Source: Candidatus Aenigmatarchaeota archaeon (GTDB taxonomy: Archaea; Aenigmatarchaeota; Aenigmatarchaeia; GW2011-AR5; JACRAC01). Taken from it: a stretch of 45,641 bases of DNA. Location: NCBI GenBank assembly GCA_016213555.1, contig JACRAC010000008.1, positions 1-45,641 on the forward strand, given 5' to 3'. The first letter of the stretch is position 1, and the number at the start of each line of letters is the position of its first letter. Below are positions 35,998 through 45,482 of the stretch, piece by piece. The notes beneath the pieces were generated by a model that saw only the letters and a list, made by a program, of their open reading frames with translations, had not been told where the DNA came from and did not search any database. The position numbers and the translations under genes are program-made.

Positions 35998-36723
35998 ATG
36001 ATTATTGATTTTCATGTTCATTATGGACAAGATATAGATGGACAAAATACTACAATGGAACAGATTTCTAGAGGGCTTGTTACCAATGGTGTCTATAAGA
36101 CTGTTGTGTTTCCATTTAATTCTGGAAGATTGTTGGAGGATTCTAGAAAAATTTATGAAATGTCTAGAGATAGAATATCAATAATTCCTTTTCTAAGATT
36201 TGATCCAAGCAATATATCACAAGAAGATCTTCGAAAAGCTCTTGATATGGGATATAAAGGAGTAAAACTTCATCCTACTTCTCAGAGATTTTATCCAGAT
36301 GATCCTAATATAACTTGGATATATGATGAAATATCTAGGTATAAAATACCTATTTTATTTCATTGCAATACTTCTGTAAATGAACCAATGGCTCAACCTT
36401 CTCATGTGTTAAATCTAGCTGAAAGATACCCTGATCAAATATTTGTTCTAGGACATTGTATTGGCGGAGATGTTAGTCCTTTTGAAGAAGTTTCTAGATA
36501 TTCAAATGTTTATGTTGACACATCTGTGGATTCTTATAAAGTTTTGTACGAAAGAGTTTGGCAAATGTTTAAATTTGATAGATTTGTTTTTGGAAGCGAT
36601 TTTCCTTATAGCGATGTTGATATAGAGCTTCTAAAAATTCAGAGAGCAAATGTTCAAGATGATTTGAAAGAGAAAATTTTATATAAAAATGCCTGCAAAA
36701 TTCTTGGATTAAATATGTGCTAG
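35998..36723 (+). CDS. metal-dependent amidohydrolase (Amidohydro_2/TIM-barrel type)
   Basis: IIDFHVHYG, GVKLHP, LFHC, LGHC and FGSDFPY motifs. Confidence 0.72.
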   Translation: MIIDFHVHYGQDIDGQNTTMEQISRGLVTNGVYKTVVFPFNSGRLLEDSRKIYEMSRDRISIIPFLRFDPSNISQEDLRKALDMGYKGVKLHPTSQRFYPDDPNITWIYDEISRYKIPILFHCNTSVNEPMAQPSHVLNLAERYPDQIFVLGHCIGGDVSPFEEVSRYSNVYVDTSVDSYKVLYERVWQMFKFDRFVFGSDFPYSDVDIELLKIQRANVQDDLKEKILYKNACKILGLNMC

Positions 36724-36734
36724 AAAGAAATAAA

Positions 36735-37340
36735 TTATCCCAAATTTACTACAGGTACTACGTCAGCTCCGCTTGCAGCTTGGTAGTAATGTTTTTCTTG
36801 GAAGTTGAACCAGCCTGCTATTATGTTTCCTGGGAAGATTTTTACAGCTGTGTTGAAGTCACGGACTTTATCATTATATCTGGATCTTTCTACTGATATT
36901 CTGTTTTCAGTTCCTGCTAGTTCATCCATTAGCTGAGCTACTATTTCATTTGATTTTAGATCTGGATAATTTTCATACACTACAAGCAATCTGCTGATAG
37001 CTGTATCTAATTGAGTCTGGTATTTTATTTTGTCATCTATTGTTGATGCTTGAGTCCAACCACTTCTAAGGGCTGTTATGTTTGTAAGAAGATCTTTTTC
37101 AAAAGTCATATAACCTTTTACAGAACTGACTAAGTTTGGTATAAGGTCGATACGACGTTGGTATTGGGTTTCTACATTAGACCATTGGCTTTGTACACTT
37201 TGGTCTTTAGTTACAAGAGAATTATATGTTCCCCAAATCCAAACTACTATCACTAGAACTACTATCACTAGAATGATTAATGCAATTATTTTTTTTGTGA
37301 AAAAGCTTGGAGTTTCTTTTGGTATAGACTTTTTTGCCAT
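36735..37340 (-). CDS. lemA: LemA-family protein
   Basis: N-terminal TM. YNSLVTKDQSVQSQWSNVETQYQRRIDLIPNLV. Confidence 0.88.
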   Translation of the reverse strand: MAKKSIPKETPSFFTKKIIALIILVIVVLVIVVWIWGTYNSLVTKDQSVQSQWSNVETQYQRRIDLIPNLVSSVKGYMTFEKDLLTNITALRSGWTQASTIDDKIKYQTQLDTAISRLLVVYENYPDLKSNEIVAQLMDELAGTENRISVERSRYNDKVRDFNTAVKIFPGNIIAGWFNFQEKHYYQAASGADVVPVVNLG

Positions 37341-37358
37341 ATCTAATATTTACACCAG

Positions 37359-38225
37359 ATGTTTAAAAAGGTTTTTTTTCTATATATTATGATGAAGAAA
37401 TATGTAGTTCTTATAATAATTGTTGTGTTTTCATCCTTTCTTCTATCTTCTGCAGCTTTTGCTGAGTATTCTTTTCCTAAACCAAATGGATATGTAAACG
37501 ATTATGCAGGTGTTATAGGTAGTGGATCGACATACATAAACTCTATCATAACACATACAGAACAAAACACTAGTGCAGAAATAGCTGTTGTGACATTAGA
37601 TAGTATAAATGATAGTGGGTTAGACACAAAGACTTATGCGGTTGAATTATTTCAACAATGGGGCATTGGAAAAAAAGATTTGGATAACGGAGTTCTTGTT
37701 CTGCTTGTTATGGATCAAAGAAGAGTAGAAATAGAAGTTGGTTATGGATTAGAGGGTATACTGCCCGATGGAAAAGTAGGGAATATTATAAGAGCAAATA
37801 CTCCTTATCTCAAAGAAGGTAATTATTCAATAGGACTTGGAAGAATTGTTAATGACATAAGTAGTTTGATTATTTTAGATCAGAATAGTCACAATAATAG
37901 TTCTAATATAAAATCTGGAAATGACTTTGGTTTAGCTTTGTTAATATTTTTTGCTTCTCTTGGAGTTATCCTATCAGTTATTTTTATAATTTATCGATCT
38001 GTTACACAAAGAAAATGCCCTAAGTGTGGAACAAAAATGAGCTATAAAATTGCTGGGGATTTCATAGTGTACACTTGTCCTAAATGTAAATACAAAGAAA
38101 AGAAGAGAAGATTGCATACTGCTATAATTGCTGGGTCATCCGGTTCTAGTGGCGGTGGTTTTGGCGGAGGCGGAGGATTTGGAGGTGGAGGCTCTGGTGG
38201 TGGTGGAGCTGGAGGAAGTTTTTAG
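37359..38225 (+). CDS. TPM-domain (YgcG-like) protein with post-TM zinc ribbon and Gly-rich tail
   Basis: GYVNDYAGVI...AEIAVVTL...FQQWGIGKKD..VEIEVGYGLEG, then a TM. CPKCG..CPKC and GGGFGGGGGFGGGG. The start is more likely MMKK at 37389. Confidence 0.75.
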   Translation: MFKKVFFLYIMMKKYVVLIIIVVFSSFLLSSAAFAEYSFPKPNGYVNDYAGVIGSGSTYINSIITHTEQNTSAEIAVVTLDSINDSGLDTKTYAVELFQQWGIGKKDLDNGVLVLLVMDQRRVEIEVGYGLEGILPDGKVGNIIRANTPYLKEGNYSIGLGRIVNDISSLIILDQNSHNNSSNIKSGNDFGLALLIFFASLGVILSVIFIIYRSVTQRKCPKCGTKMSYKIAGDFIVYTCPKCKYKEKKRRLHTAIIAGSSGSSGGGFGGGGGFGGGGSGGGGAGGSF

Positions 38226-38353
38226 ATAAAAATCTGATTACATTATAATAGTATTTTATTATTTTTTGACTAAAAAGCTAAAGTATATATATAAGTGAAT
38301 CCAAAATAAGAGAAATTAATTCATTAAATGTGAATTATAGGGGGGCTTGATAG

Positions 38354-41300
38354 ATGGATAAAAATAAAACAAACCTTTTAAAATATTTTATAACTGCTTC
38401 TATAGTCTTATTATTCTCAGTTAGTCTTGCTTATGCAACTCCTTTACCTGGTACAAATGCTGATGTTGACAGAGTTTGGTTTAATTCTTCTTCAGATTTT
38501 TTAAATTCTACTGCAAATGCATCTAATGCTGATATAAACAATGTAAAATTCCCAAATCTTACTTCTGAATCGCTTTATCTTGGAATGGAATATATTTTCA
38601 TACAAGCCAACTTTTCTGTATCAACTGCAGGTGTTGTTGGTGCTACTGGATCACAAAATGTTAGCTGGGAATACTCAAATGGAACAAGTAATGAAAGCTG
38701 GAAATCTTTAACAATTGTAACTAATACTTGTCAAAACTTTACAGCTGCAGGAAACTGCTCTATAATATTTAATCCTCCTACTGATTGGTCAATTAACACA
38801 TGGAAAGACAGATCTTTGTATTGGATAAGGGTAAATGGTACTGGAAATTATTCAACAAATGCTAGTGTTGCTCAGATTTCTGTTATTGAATATAATGTTG
38901 CTTTTAATGTTACAGATCAATTAGGATCAGCTTTAAATGATACTGCTTTTACTACTTTCAAAACAAATGATACAAATGGAGTTTATTCTACGAGAAGAGC
39001 AGGTAAAGGATGGGAACTTGCATTACAAACAGGAGTTCAGCATGACATAAGTGTTAATACTACTGGTTATGTAAATGCTACAAAATCAACAACATCAAAT
39101 GCTAATACTTCTTTGTTTAATTTAACTAACTTTAATCAATCATTTACAATAAAAATTTTGAATATTACCGACGAGCTAGGAAATGTATTAGCTCCACTTA
39201 ACGGAGCTGCTGGTATAATTGTTTCAGATAATGGAAGTGTTACATATGAGAATAATATAGCTTACATAAATGCATCAAATGATAATAATCTTACTAGATC
39301 TATTAACCTAAACGCTTCAAAAGCTGGTTATGTTAATAAGAGTTCTTCAGTTGCAGGTGTTTCAAGTTTAGGTCAGAATGTTACAAATGTTTCAAATTTA
39401 TTGTTCACAATAAAGGTTTTGAATATTTCTGATGAATTAGATAATAGATTATTATCATTGAATGGAGTAGCTGGCATAGTTGTAACAGATTCAGGATTTG
39501 TAACATACTCAGCTGATGTAGCTTACATCAATGCAAGTGCTGCAACAACTAACTTAAACGCAAGTAAATCTGGATATGTAAATAGATCATCATTTTCAAT
39601 AGCAGGTGTATCAAATGGTGGACAAAATTCTACAAACATATCAGGATTAAAGTTTACAGTTAGAATCAATAACCTTACAGACGAGCTAGGAAATAAACTT
39701 TCTCTACTTAATGGAGTTAATGGCATAGTTGTAACAGATTCTGGTGTAGTAACTTATTCAGGTGACGTAGCTTACATCAATGCGTCAGCAGCTACAACAA
39801 ATCTAAACGGTTCAAAATCTGGATACGTTAATCAATCTTTAACAGTAGCAGGTGTCTCAAATGCTGCTCAGAATTTTACAAATATATCAAACTTGAAGTT
39901 TACAATCAGAGTAAACAACCTTACTGATGAACTAGGAAATAAATTACAACCTCTAAATGGTGTAGCTGGCATAGTTGTAACAGACTCAGGAGTTGTAACA
40001 TACTCAGCTGATGTAGCATATATCAATGCTTCAGCTGCAACAACTAACTTGAATGCAAGTAAATCAGGATATGTTAACAAGACTTTAGTAGTAGCAACAT
40101 CTAATGCTAATCAAAATTTCACAAATGTTTCAGGAGTACAGTTTACAATTAAAATCTCTAACCTTAGAGATGAGTTAAGCAACAACTTAGCACCTCTAAA
40201 TGGTGTAGCTGGCATAGTTGTAACAGATTCAGGATTTGTAACATACTCAGCTGATGTAGCTTACATCAATGCTTCAGCTGCAACAACTAACTTGAATGGT
40301 TCAAAGTCTGGATACGTAAACAGTTCATTAGCTGTCCCAGTTTCAAACTCTGTGCAGAACAATACAAATATCACAAATCTAAAATTCACAATTAAAATCT
40401 CTAACCTTAGAGATGAGTTAAGCAACAACTTAGCACCTCTAAATGGTGTAGCTGGCATAGTTGTAACAGATTCAGGATTTGTAACATACTCAGCTGATGT
40501 AGCTTACATCAATGCAAGTGCTGCAACAACTAACTTGAATGGTTCAAAGTCTGGATACGTAAACAAAACTCTAGTAGTAGCAACTTCAAATGCTAACCAA
40601 AACTTTACAAATGTTTCAGGATTGTTATTTACAGTTAAGGTATTGAATATAACTGACGAACTAGGTCATGTTATAGTTCCTCTTAATGGTGTTGTAGGTT
40701 CTATAGTAACAACAAACGGCTCTGTAACATACAACTCAAACATAGTTTATATTAATGCTTCATCAAGTCCAAATCTAACAGCATCAAGATCTGGTTATTT
40801 GAATGTAACATTATCAGGAGTAGGTATTTCAAATAGTGCTCAAAATGTTACAAGTATATCTAATCTTGCATTTACAATAAAGATAACAAATGTAACAAAC
40901 GAATTAGGCAATAGAATAGGAGATTTAGATGGTTCAACTGTTGTTTTGGTATCTTCATCAGGAGATGTTCAATACAGTGGAGGAGTTGCATATATTAATG
41001 CGAGCACTACAGCTAGTATAAATGCTTCAAGTTCTGGTTATGTTAATCAAACTAAGATAGTAGGAGTAGCATTAACTCAAAACTCTACTACAATATCAAG
41101 CTTACCATTTACTTTGAAGATATTAGTAGTATCTGATGGTGGACAGGCTCTTACAGATGCATCAATAACTTTATCTAAATCAGGTGTAACTATTACATCC
41201 ACACCTACAACTAGAGTATCAAATGCATATTATTATGCAATAAATCAATCAACATTTTCAACATTAGACTTTACTGTAACAGATGTTGGATATATAGCAG

Positions 41301-42178
41301 AAACTAGAAATACTGTTGCAATAGACACTGCAAATCAGAAATTACAATCAATTACATTGAATTCAGCTCCATCAGGAGGAGGATCATCTGGAGGAAGCAC
41401 TACACCATCTGTACCAACAGCTTCATCATCAATAGATAAGTTGACAAATGATGTTCCTTCCTCAGTTGTAAGTACTTTGAAGGAAAGTGCTTTAGTCAAA
41501 CTAGATATTACATTAAATTCAGATCAAACAGGTGTAAACTTAATATTTAGTAAACCATCTACAAACCCAGTATCAGTAGCTCCTTCAGGAAATGTTTATC
41601 AATATATATCAGTATCTCATAATATCCAAGAATCAAAATTCAAGTCAGTTAGATTTGTATTTAATGTTGATAAGTCTTGGTTAACTTCAAACAGTATAGA
41701 TACTTCAAAAGTATCTCTTGAAAGATATGAGACAGATCATTGGACAAAGTATGGTGCTAGTATGGTATCTCAAAATGACACATCTGTATCATATGAGACA
41801 ACAGTTCCTGGATTATCTAACTTTGCAGTAACAGGTGAAAAGCAACTAACAGAGTGTACATCTGGAAAGAGATGTGATGGTAACCAAATACAAGAATGTA
41901 CAAATAACTTGTGGGTAACTTCACAAACTTGTCAATATGGATGTGATAGTACAACATATAATTGTAATCCACAGCCAGTAGATCAACCAGTACAAGAGCC
42001 ACAACCAACTACAACACCAAAAGAAACAACAACAGAGACCACTCCTACACAAACAACAAGTGAGATTCCAATGACATATGTTTATGCAGGATTAGGTCTA
42101 TTGGTTATAGTTGTAATAGCAGGAGTTGCTTATTGGAAAATGAAAAAACCAGTTAAATACGCAGGCTATAAAAAGTAA
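38354..42178 (+). CDS. giant N-glycosylation-sequon-rich surface protein: tandem Ig-like repeats, PGF-pre-PGF-like domain, Cys-rich module, Pro/Thr linker, TM anchor
   Basis: GGGGGG SD and a signal peptide. About 10 repeats beginning FT(I/V)(K/R), with dozens of NxS/T sequons. Also YQYISV..VRFVFNVDKSWL..VSLERYETDHWTKY..VPGLSNFAVTG, a 6-Cys module and a C-terminal TM with a KK tail. Confidence 0.85.
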   Translation: MDKNKTNLLKYFITASIVLLFSVSLAYATPLPGTNADVDRVWFNSSSDFLNSTANASNADINNVKFPNLTSESLYLGMEYIFIQANFSVSTAGVVGATGSQNVSWEYSNGTSNESWKSLTIVTNTCQNFTAAGNCSIIFNPPTDWSINTWKDRSLYWIRVNGTGNYSTNASVAQISVIEYNVAFNVTDQLGSALNDTAFTTFKTNDTNGVYSTRRAGKGWELALQTGVQHDISVNTTGYVNATKSTTSNANTSLFNLTNFNQSFTIKILNITDELGNVLAPLNGAAGIIVSDNGSVTYENNIAYINASNDNNLTRSINLNASKAGYVNKSSSVAGVSSLGQNVTNVSNLLFTIKVLNISDELDNRLLSLNGVAGIVVTDSGFVTYSADVAYINASAATTNLNASKSGYVNRSSFSIAGVSNGGQNSTNISGLKFTVRINNLTDELGNKLSLLNGVNGIVVTDSGVVTYSGDVAYINASAATTNLNGSKSGYVNQSLTVAGVSNAAQNFTNISNLKFTIRVNNLTDELGNKLQPLNGVAGIVVTDSGVVTYSADVAYINASAATTNLNASKSGYVNKTLVVATSNANQNFTNVSGVQFTIKISNLRDELSNNLAPLNGVAGIVVTDSGFVTYSADVAYINASAATTNLNGSKSGYVNSSLAVPVSNSVQNNTNITNLKFTIKISNLRDELSNNLAPLNGVAGIVVTDSGFVTYSADVAYINASAATTNLNGSKSGYVNKTLVVATSNANQNFTNVSGLLFTVKVLNITDELGHVIVPLNGVVGSIVTTNGSVTYNSNIVYINASSSPNLTASRSGYLNVTLSGVGISNSAQNVTSISNLAFTIKITNVTNELGNRIGDLDGSTVVLVSSSGDVQYSGGVAYINASTTASINASSSGYVNQTKIVGVALTQNSTTISSLPFTLKILVVSDGGQALTDASITLSKSGVTITSTPTTRVSNAYYYAINQSTFSTLDFTVTDVGYIAETRNTVAIDTANQKLQSITLNSAPSGGGSSGGSTTPSVPTASSSIDKLTNDVPSSVVSTLKESALVKLDITLNSDQTGVNLIFSKPSTNPVSVAPSGNVYQYISVSHNIQESKFKSVRFVFNVDKSWLTSNSIDTSKVSLERYETDHWTKYGASMVSQNDTSVSYETTVPGLSNFAVTGEKQLTECTSGKRCDGNQIQECTNNLWVTSQTCQYGCDSTTYNCNPQPVDQPVQEPQPTTTPKETTTETTPTQTTSEIPMTYVYAGLGLLVIVVIAGVAYWKMKKPVKYAGYKK
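39143..41107 (+). repeat. in-frame tandem coding repeats, 8 clear units of 237-261 nt (mostly 243 nt)
   Basis: Unit starts at 39143, 39404, 39653, 39899, 40142, 40385, 40628 and 40871. Degenerate units flank on both sides. Confidence 0.85.
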
Positions 42179-42236
42179 CATTCTTTTTTATCTATTTTAA
42201 AATTTTAGAGACTAAATCTTATCAGGTAATCTTACT

Positions 42237-42584
42237 ATGAAGAATAAGATTTTATTCATTCTACTTATTATACTAGTGTTGTCTGGATATTCCTATGCAC
42301 AAACTTGCGGAAATAATGTTATAGAAAAAGGAGAAGAATGTGAAATAAATGATATAGGAAATGCATCTTGTTCTGATTATGGATTTCAAGGAGGATCTTT
42401 AACATGTAAAGGATGTGTACTAGATACTAATGATTGTATTTCTCCTGTTTATCCTTCAGGTAAGTTTATTTCTGGAAATTCTTCAGATATGGGTCTTAGT
42501 TTAACACCTTTGGACATTGCTTTAATAGTTGCTGTTATAGTTATAATAGTTGGTTCTGTTCTATATATCAGACATAATGGTTGA
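42237..42584 (+). CDS. small exported Cys-rich-repeat protein with C-terminal TM
   Basis: Signal peptide. CGNNVIEKGEECE...CSDYGF..GSLTCKGCVLDTNDC resembles the CGNG..E.GEECD cysteine-rich repeat. Confidence 0.55.
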   Translation: MKNKILFILLIILVLSGYSYAQTCGNNVIEKGEECEINDIGNASCSDYGFQGGSLTCKGCVLDTNDCISPVYPSGKFISGNSSDMGLSLTPLDIALIVAVIVIIVGSVLYIRHNG

Positions 42585-42588
42585 TTAA

Positions 42589-43176
42589 ATGATTATAACA
42601 ATTTCTGGAAAGCCTGGATCAGGTAAAAGTACTGTTGCTAAGATTATTGCAAAAAAATTGGCTTTTAAACACTATTCTATAGGAGATTTTCTAGGAAAAA
42701 TGGCAAAAGAAAGGAATATTACTTTAGAACAAATAGGTGAGTTGGCTAAGAAAGATGAAAGTATTGATAAGCAACTAGATAACTATCAGCTAGATTTAGG
42801 CAAAAGTGAAGATAATTTTATAATAGATAGTAGAATAGGATTTAATTTTATTCCTCATTCTGTCAAAATTTTCATAGATGTTGATCTTAAAATTGCTGCT
42901 GAACGTGTCTTTAAAGATCAGAGAGATGATGAAGAAGAAAAAGATAGTGTACAAAGCATGCTAAAGGCTATGAAGAAGAGGATTGATCTTGAAAAAGAAA
43001 GGTATAAGAAATATTATGGTATAGAGGATTTTCATGATTCAAAACACTATGATTATGTTATTGATAGTACACATATAACAGCTGAGCAAGTTGCTGATAA
43101 TATTATAAAGTTTATAAAAACAAGAATAGCAGAAGGAGTTAAAAATGTACTAAAGAATAACAAACAGATGGAATGA
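42589..43176 (+). CDS. cmk: archaeal-type cytidylate kinase
   Basis: MIITISGKPGSGKSTVAKIIAKKL P-loop and SIGDFLGKMAKERNITLEQ pattern. Confidence 0.75.
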   Translation: MIITISGKPGSGKSTVAKIIAKKLAFKHYSIGDFLGKMAKERNITLEQIGELAKKDESIDKQLDNYQLDLGKSEDNFIIDSRIGFNFIPHSVKIFIDVDLKIAAERVFKDQRDDEEEKDSVQSMLKAMKKRIDLEKERYKKYYGIEDFHDSKHYDYVIDSTHITAEQVADNIIKFIKTRIAEGVKNVLKNNKQME

Positions 43177-43180
43177 TTTT

Positions 43181-43966
43181 ATGGTAAAAAGAAGAAATAA
43201 TACCTGGCTATTACCTGTTATGCTTATTGTGGTTGCTGTTGCTTTTGGTAGTGGATTTTTTCTCAGTAATTTTTTAAATCCATCAAAAGTTATTGAAAAA
43301 TATATAGAAGTGCCTATTAATCAAACATTATCTTTATCAAGTTCTTCTACTAACGTAGTTGCTGTTTCTGAAGATGGTAGTGGAATTCTAGGAAAGGCAA
43401 ATATTGAATTAGTTCCTGGTAAAGGAAGAATTTTGATTAATACAGATCCTTTTATAGAAGCTGATACACAATTGTCTGCAGAGACAGCTATTAAATATGC
43501 GTTAAATTATACAAAAGTAAATATAAAAAATAATGATATTATAGTTTCTTTTAATATGACTTTTACAAATGCTTCTCAAGCAGATGTTGTAGGAGGCCCT
43601 TCTGCAGGATCTGCTTTGACAGTTGCTGCAATAGCTGTTCTTGAAAATAAGACTGTAAGAAATGATATTTCTCTTACAGGAACTGTTGAGTTAAATGGAT
43701 CTATAGGAAAGGTTGGAAGCGTTCCTGAGAAAGCTGCAGCAGCAGGAAAAGCTGGTATGAAAATTTTTCTAGTTCCTAAAGACCAGGCTCAAATAACTTA
43801 TAGTGAAAAAGTTAGTGAGACAGAAATGTCTAATGGTTTTGAGATTAAAAAAATAAAATATGTTCAGAAAACAGATAGTTTGAATAATTATACCTTATCA
43901 CAGTGGAATATGACTACTATTGAAGTTGAAAATGTTTTAGATACTTTGCAATATGTCTTTGAGTGA
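43181..43966 (+). CDS. membrane-anchored Lon-protease-like S16 proteolytic-domain protein
   Basis: N-terminal TM. GGPSAGSALTVAAIAVL (catalytic Ser) and GSIGKVGSVPEKAAAAGKAG (Lys). Confidence 0.75.
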   Translation: MVKRRNNTWLLPVMLIVVAVAFGSGFFLSNFLNPSKVIEKYIEVPINQTLSLSSSSTNVVAVSEDGSGILGKANIELVPGKGRILINTDPFIEADTQLSAETAIKYALNYTKVNIKNNDIIVSFNMTFTNASQADVVGGPSAGSALTVAAIAVLENKTVRNDISLTGTVELNGSIGKVGSVPEKAAAAGKAGMKIFLVPKDQAQITYSEKVSETEMSNGFEIKKIKYVQKTDSLNNYTLSQWNMTTIEVENVLDTLQYVFE

Positions 43967-43967
43967 T

Positions 43968-45410
43968 TTAGATTTTATCAGATCTATAGAGACGTATTTT
44001 ATATACAAAGAATGTGTATGTTTTTGATGGAATTTCTTTTAATTTTTCTACTAACCATTTTACATCATATACATAACCTACAAAACGATACATTGCTTTA
44101 GCTGGGTGTACTACTGTTAGTTTCCATGTAAGTCTTAGTAATGGTTCTGTCTCTGGTTTTGTATAGTCTTTTTGTATTTTTGGAAGAAATGCTAATGATA
44201 CTAATCTTACTATGAATGACAGGAAGAAAATTGTTGTTAGAGCTGCAACGCCCATCATTAATGATATTTCAAAATATTCTATCAAGATACTTGCTAGTAA
44301 TGTTCCACTTACTGTTGCTAATCCTGCAAACAAAGTATGGTTTGCTATATAGCCAGCTCTTTTATTTTCAGGTGTTGATGAAAGAAGAAAGTTAAATGTT
44401 ACTAGAGTCCATCCTCCAAACATAAATCCATCAAAAATATGTATCAATATTAAATGTTCTACTGTTGTTGCAAACATCCAGAACAATGGTATAAAACATA
44501 TCATAATACTAGTTATTATTAAAATTACTCTATCTCCATATTTGTCGCTGAATTTTCCCCAATATGGTTGTGATAATATTGCTATCAATGCGTTTATGGT
44601 TATTAGTACAGCATACCATATGTATCCTATATCTAAGTTCTTTATCATATAGACTGTGTAGAATGGAGATGATATTGCTATTGCAAAAGATACTATGCAC
44701 ATATAAATTGTAAACCAAACGAAATTTGAATGCATCTTCATTGAGAATGCTATGTCTTTAATAGAAAAACTAAAGGAGTGTTTATAATGAAATTCTGACT
44801 TTACAGGAGGTTCATATATTTTTAAGAAGAAGTAGACTGCGAAAAGACCTATTATAATAGATAAAAAGAATAATATTCCAAACCCAAATACGACTAGCAT
44901 TATTCCTGATGCTACTGTAGTAAGTAGTCCTGCTATTCCTGTTATCATATTTCTTTTTCCAAAATATTCTCCTCTTCTATTGGGCGGTACAATATCTCCC
45001 ATTAGACTGCTCCATGCTGGGTTTCTTATGCCATTTAGAAAACATATTGTGAAAACTATTATCATTAATAGAAGCACTTGATATATTGGAATTATTGCAA
45101 TCAATAGTATTGGAATCCATAGTAATCTTGACAGAGTATATGACATAGTCCATATTGCTTTTCTGCTCATCATACTTACTAGACGAGCTCCTGGTATTTG
45201 TCCTAGCGCACTTCCTAAACTTTGTAAAACCCCTAATAATCCTATTTCTTTATTTGTTGCGCCTAAGCTTATTGCATATGGTGATATATAGTCCCAGACT
45301 AAATGAGATGATGTTGTTCCAAACAAGCCTTCTTTTATAGAAGAATCAAGGCTCTTTTCTGTAGTATCTTCTACTTTTTTATTATATTTTTTTGGAGGAG
45401 TCGGATTCAT
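43968..45410 (-). CDS. MFS transporter
   Basis: 480 aa, about 12 TM helices, PPNRRGEYFGKRN loop motif. Confidence 0.82.
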   Translation of the reverse strand: MNPTPPKKYNKKVEDTTEKSLDSSIKEGLFGTTSSHLVWDYISPYAISLGATNKEIGLLGVLQSLGSALGQIPGARLVSMMSRKAIWTMSYTLSRLLWIPILLIAIIPIYQVLLLMIIVFTICFLNGIRNPAWSSLMGDIVPPNRRGEYFGKRNMITGIAGLLTTVASGIMLVVFGFGILFFLSIIIGLFAVYFFLKIYEPPVKSEFHYKHSFSFSIKDIAFSMKMHSNFVWFTIYMCIVSFAIAISSPFYTVYMIKNLDIGYIWYAVLITINALIAILSQPYWGKFSDKYGDRVILIITSIMICFIPLFWMFATTVEHLILIHIFDGFMFGGWTLVTFNFLLSSTPENKRAGYIANHTLFAGLATVSGTLLASILIEYFEISLMMGVAALTTIFFLSFIVRLVSLAFLPKIQKDYTKPETEPLLRLTWKLTVVHPAKAMYRFVGYVYDVKWLVEKLKEIPSKTYTFFVYKIRLYRSDKI

Positions 45411-45482
45411 GCTAATAATTGTCTTAGCAGATTAAATTTCTGATTAATTTGAGAAATTCCAATTAATACCATTTCTCTTATA

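Noticed and set aside
38160-38222. GGN-rich nucleotide repeat
   Set aside because: It encodes the Gly-rich tail typical of TPM/YgcG proteins. This is simple low-complexity coding sequence, not a separate element.
39143-41107. Regular 243-nt periodic repeats that could superficially suggest a CRISPR-like or satellite array
   Set aside because: The repeats are in frame within one long ORF and encode a repeated protein domain. There are no short conserved repeats alternating with unique spacers, and no cas genes.
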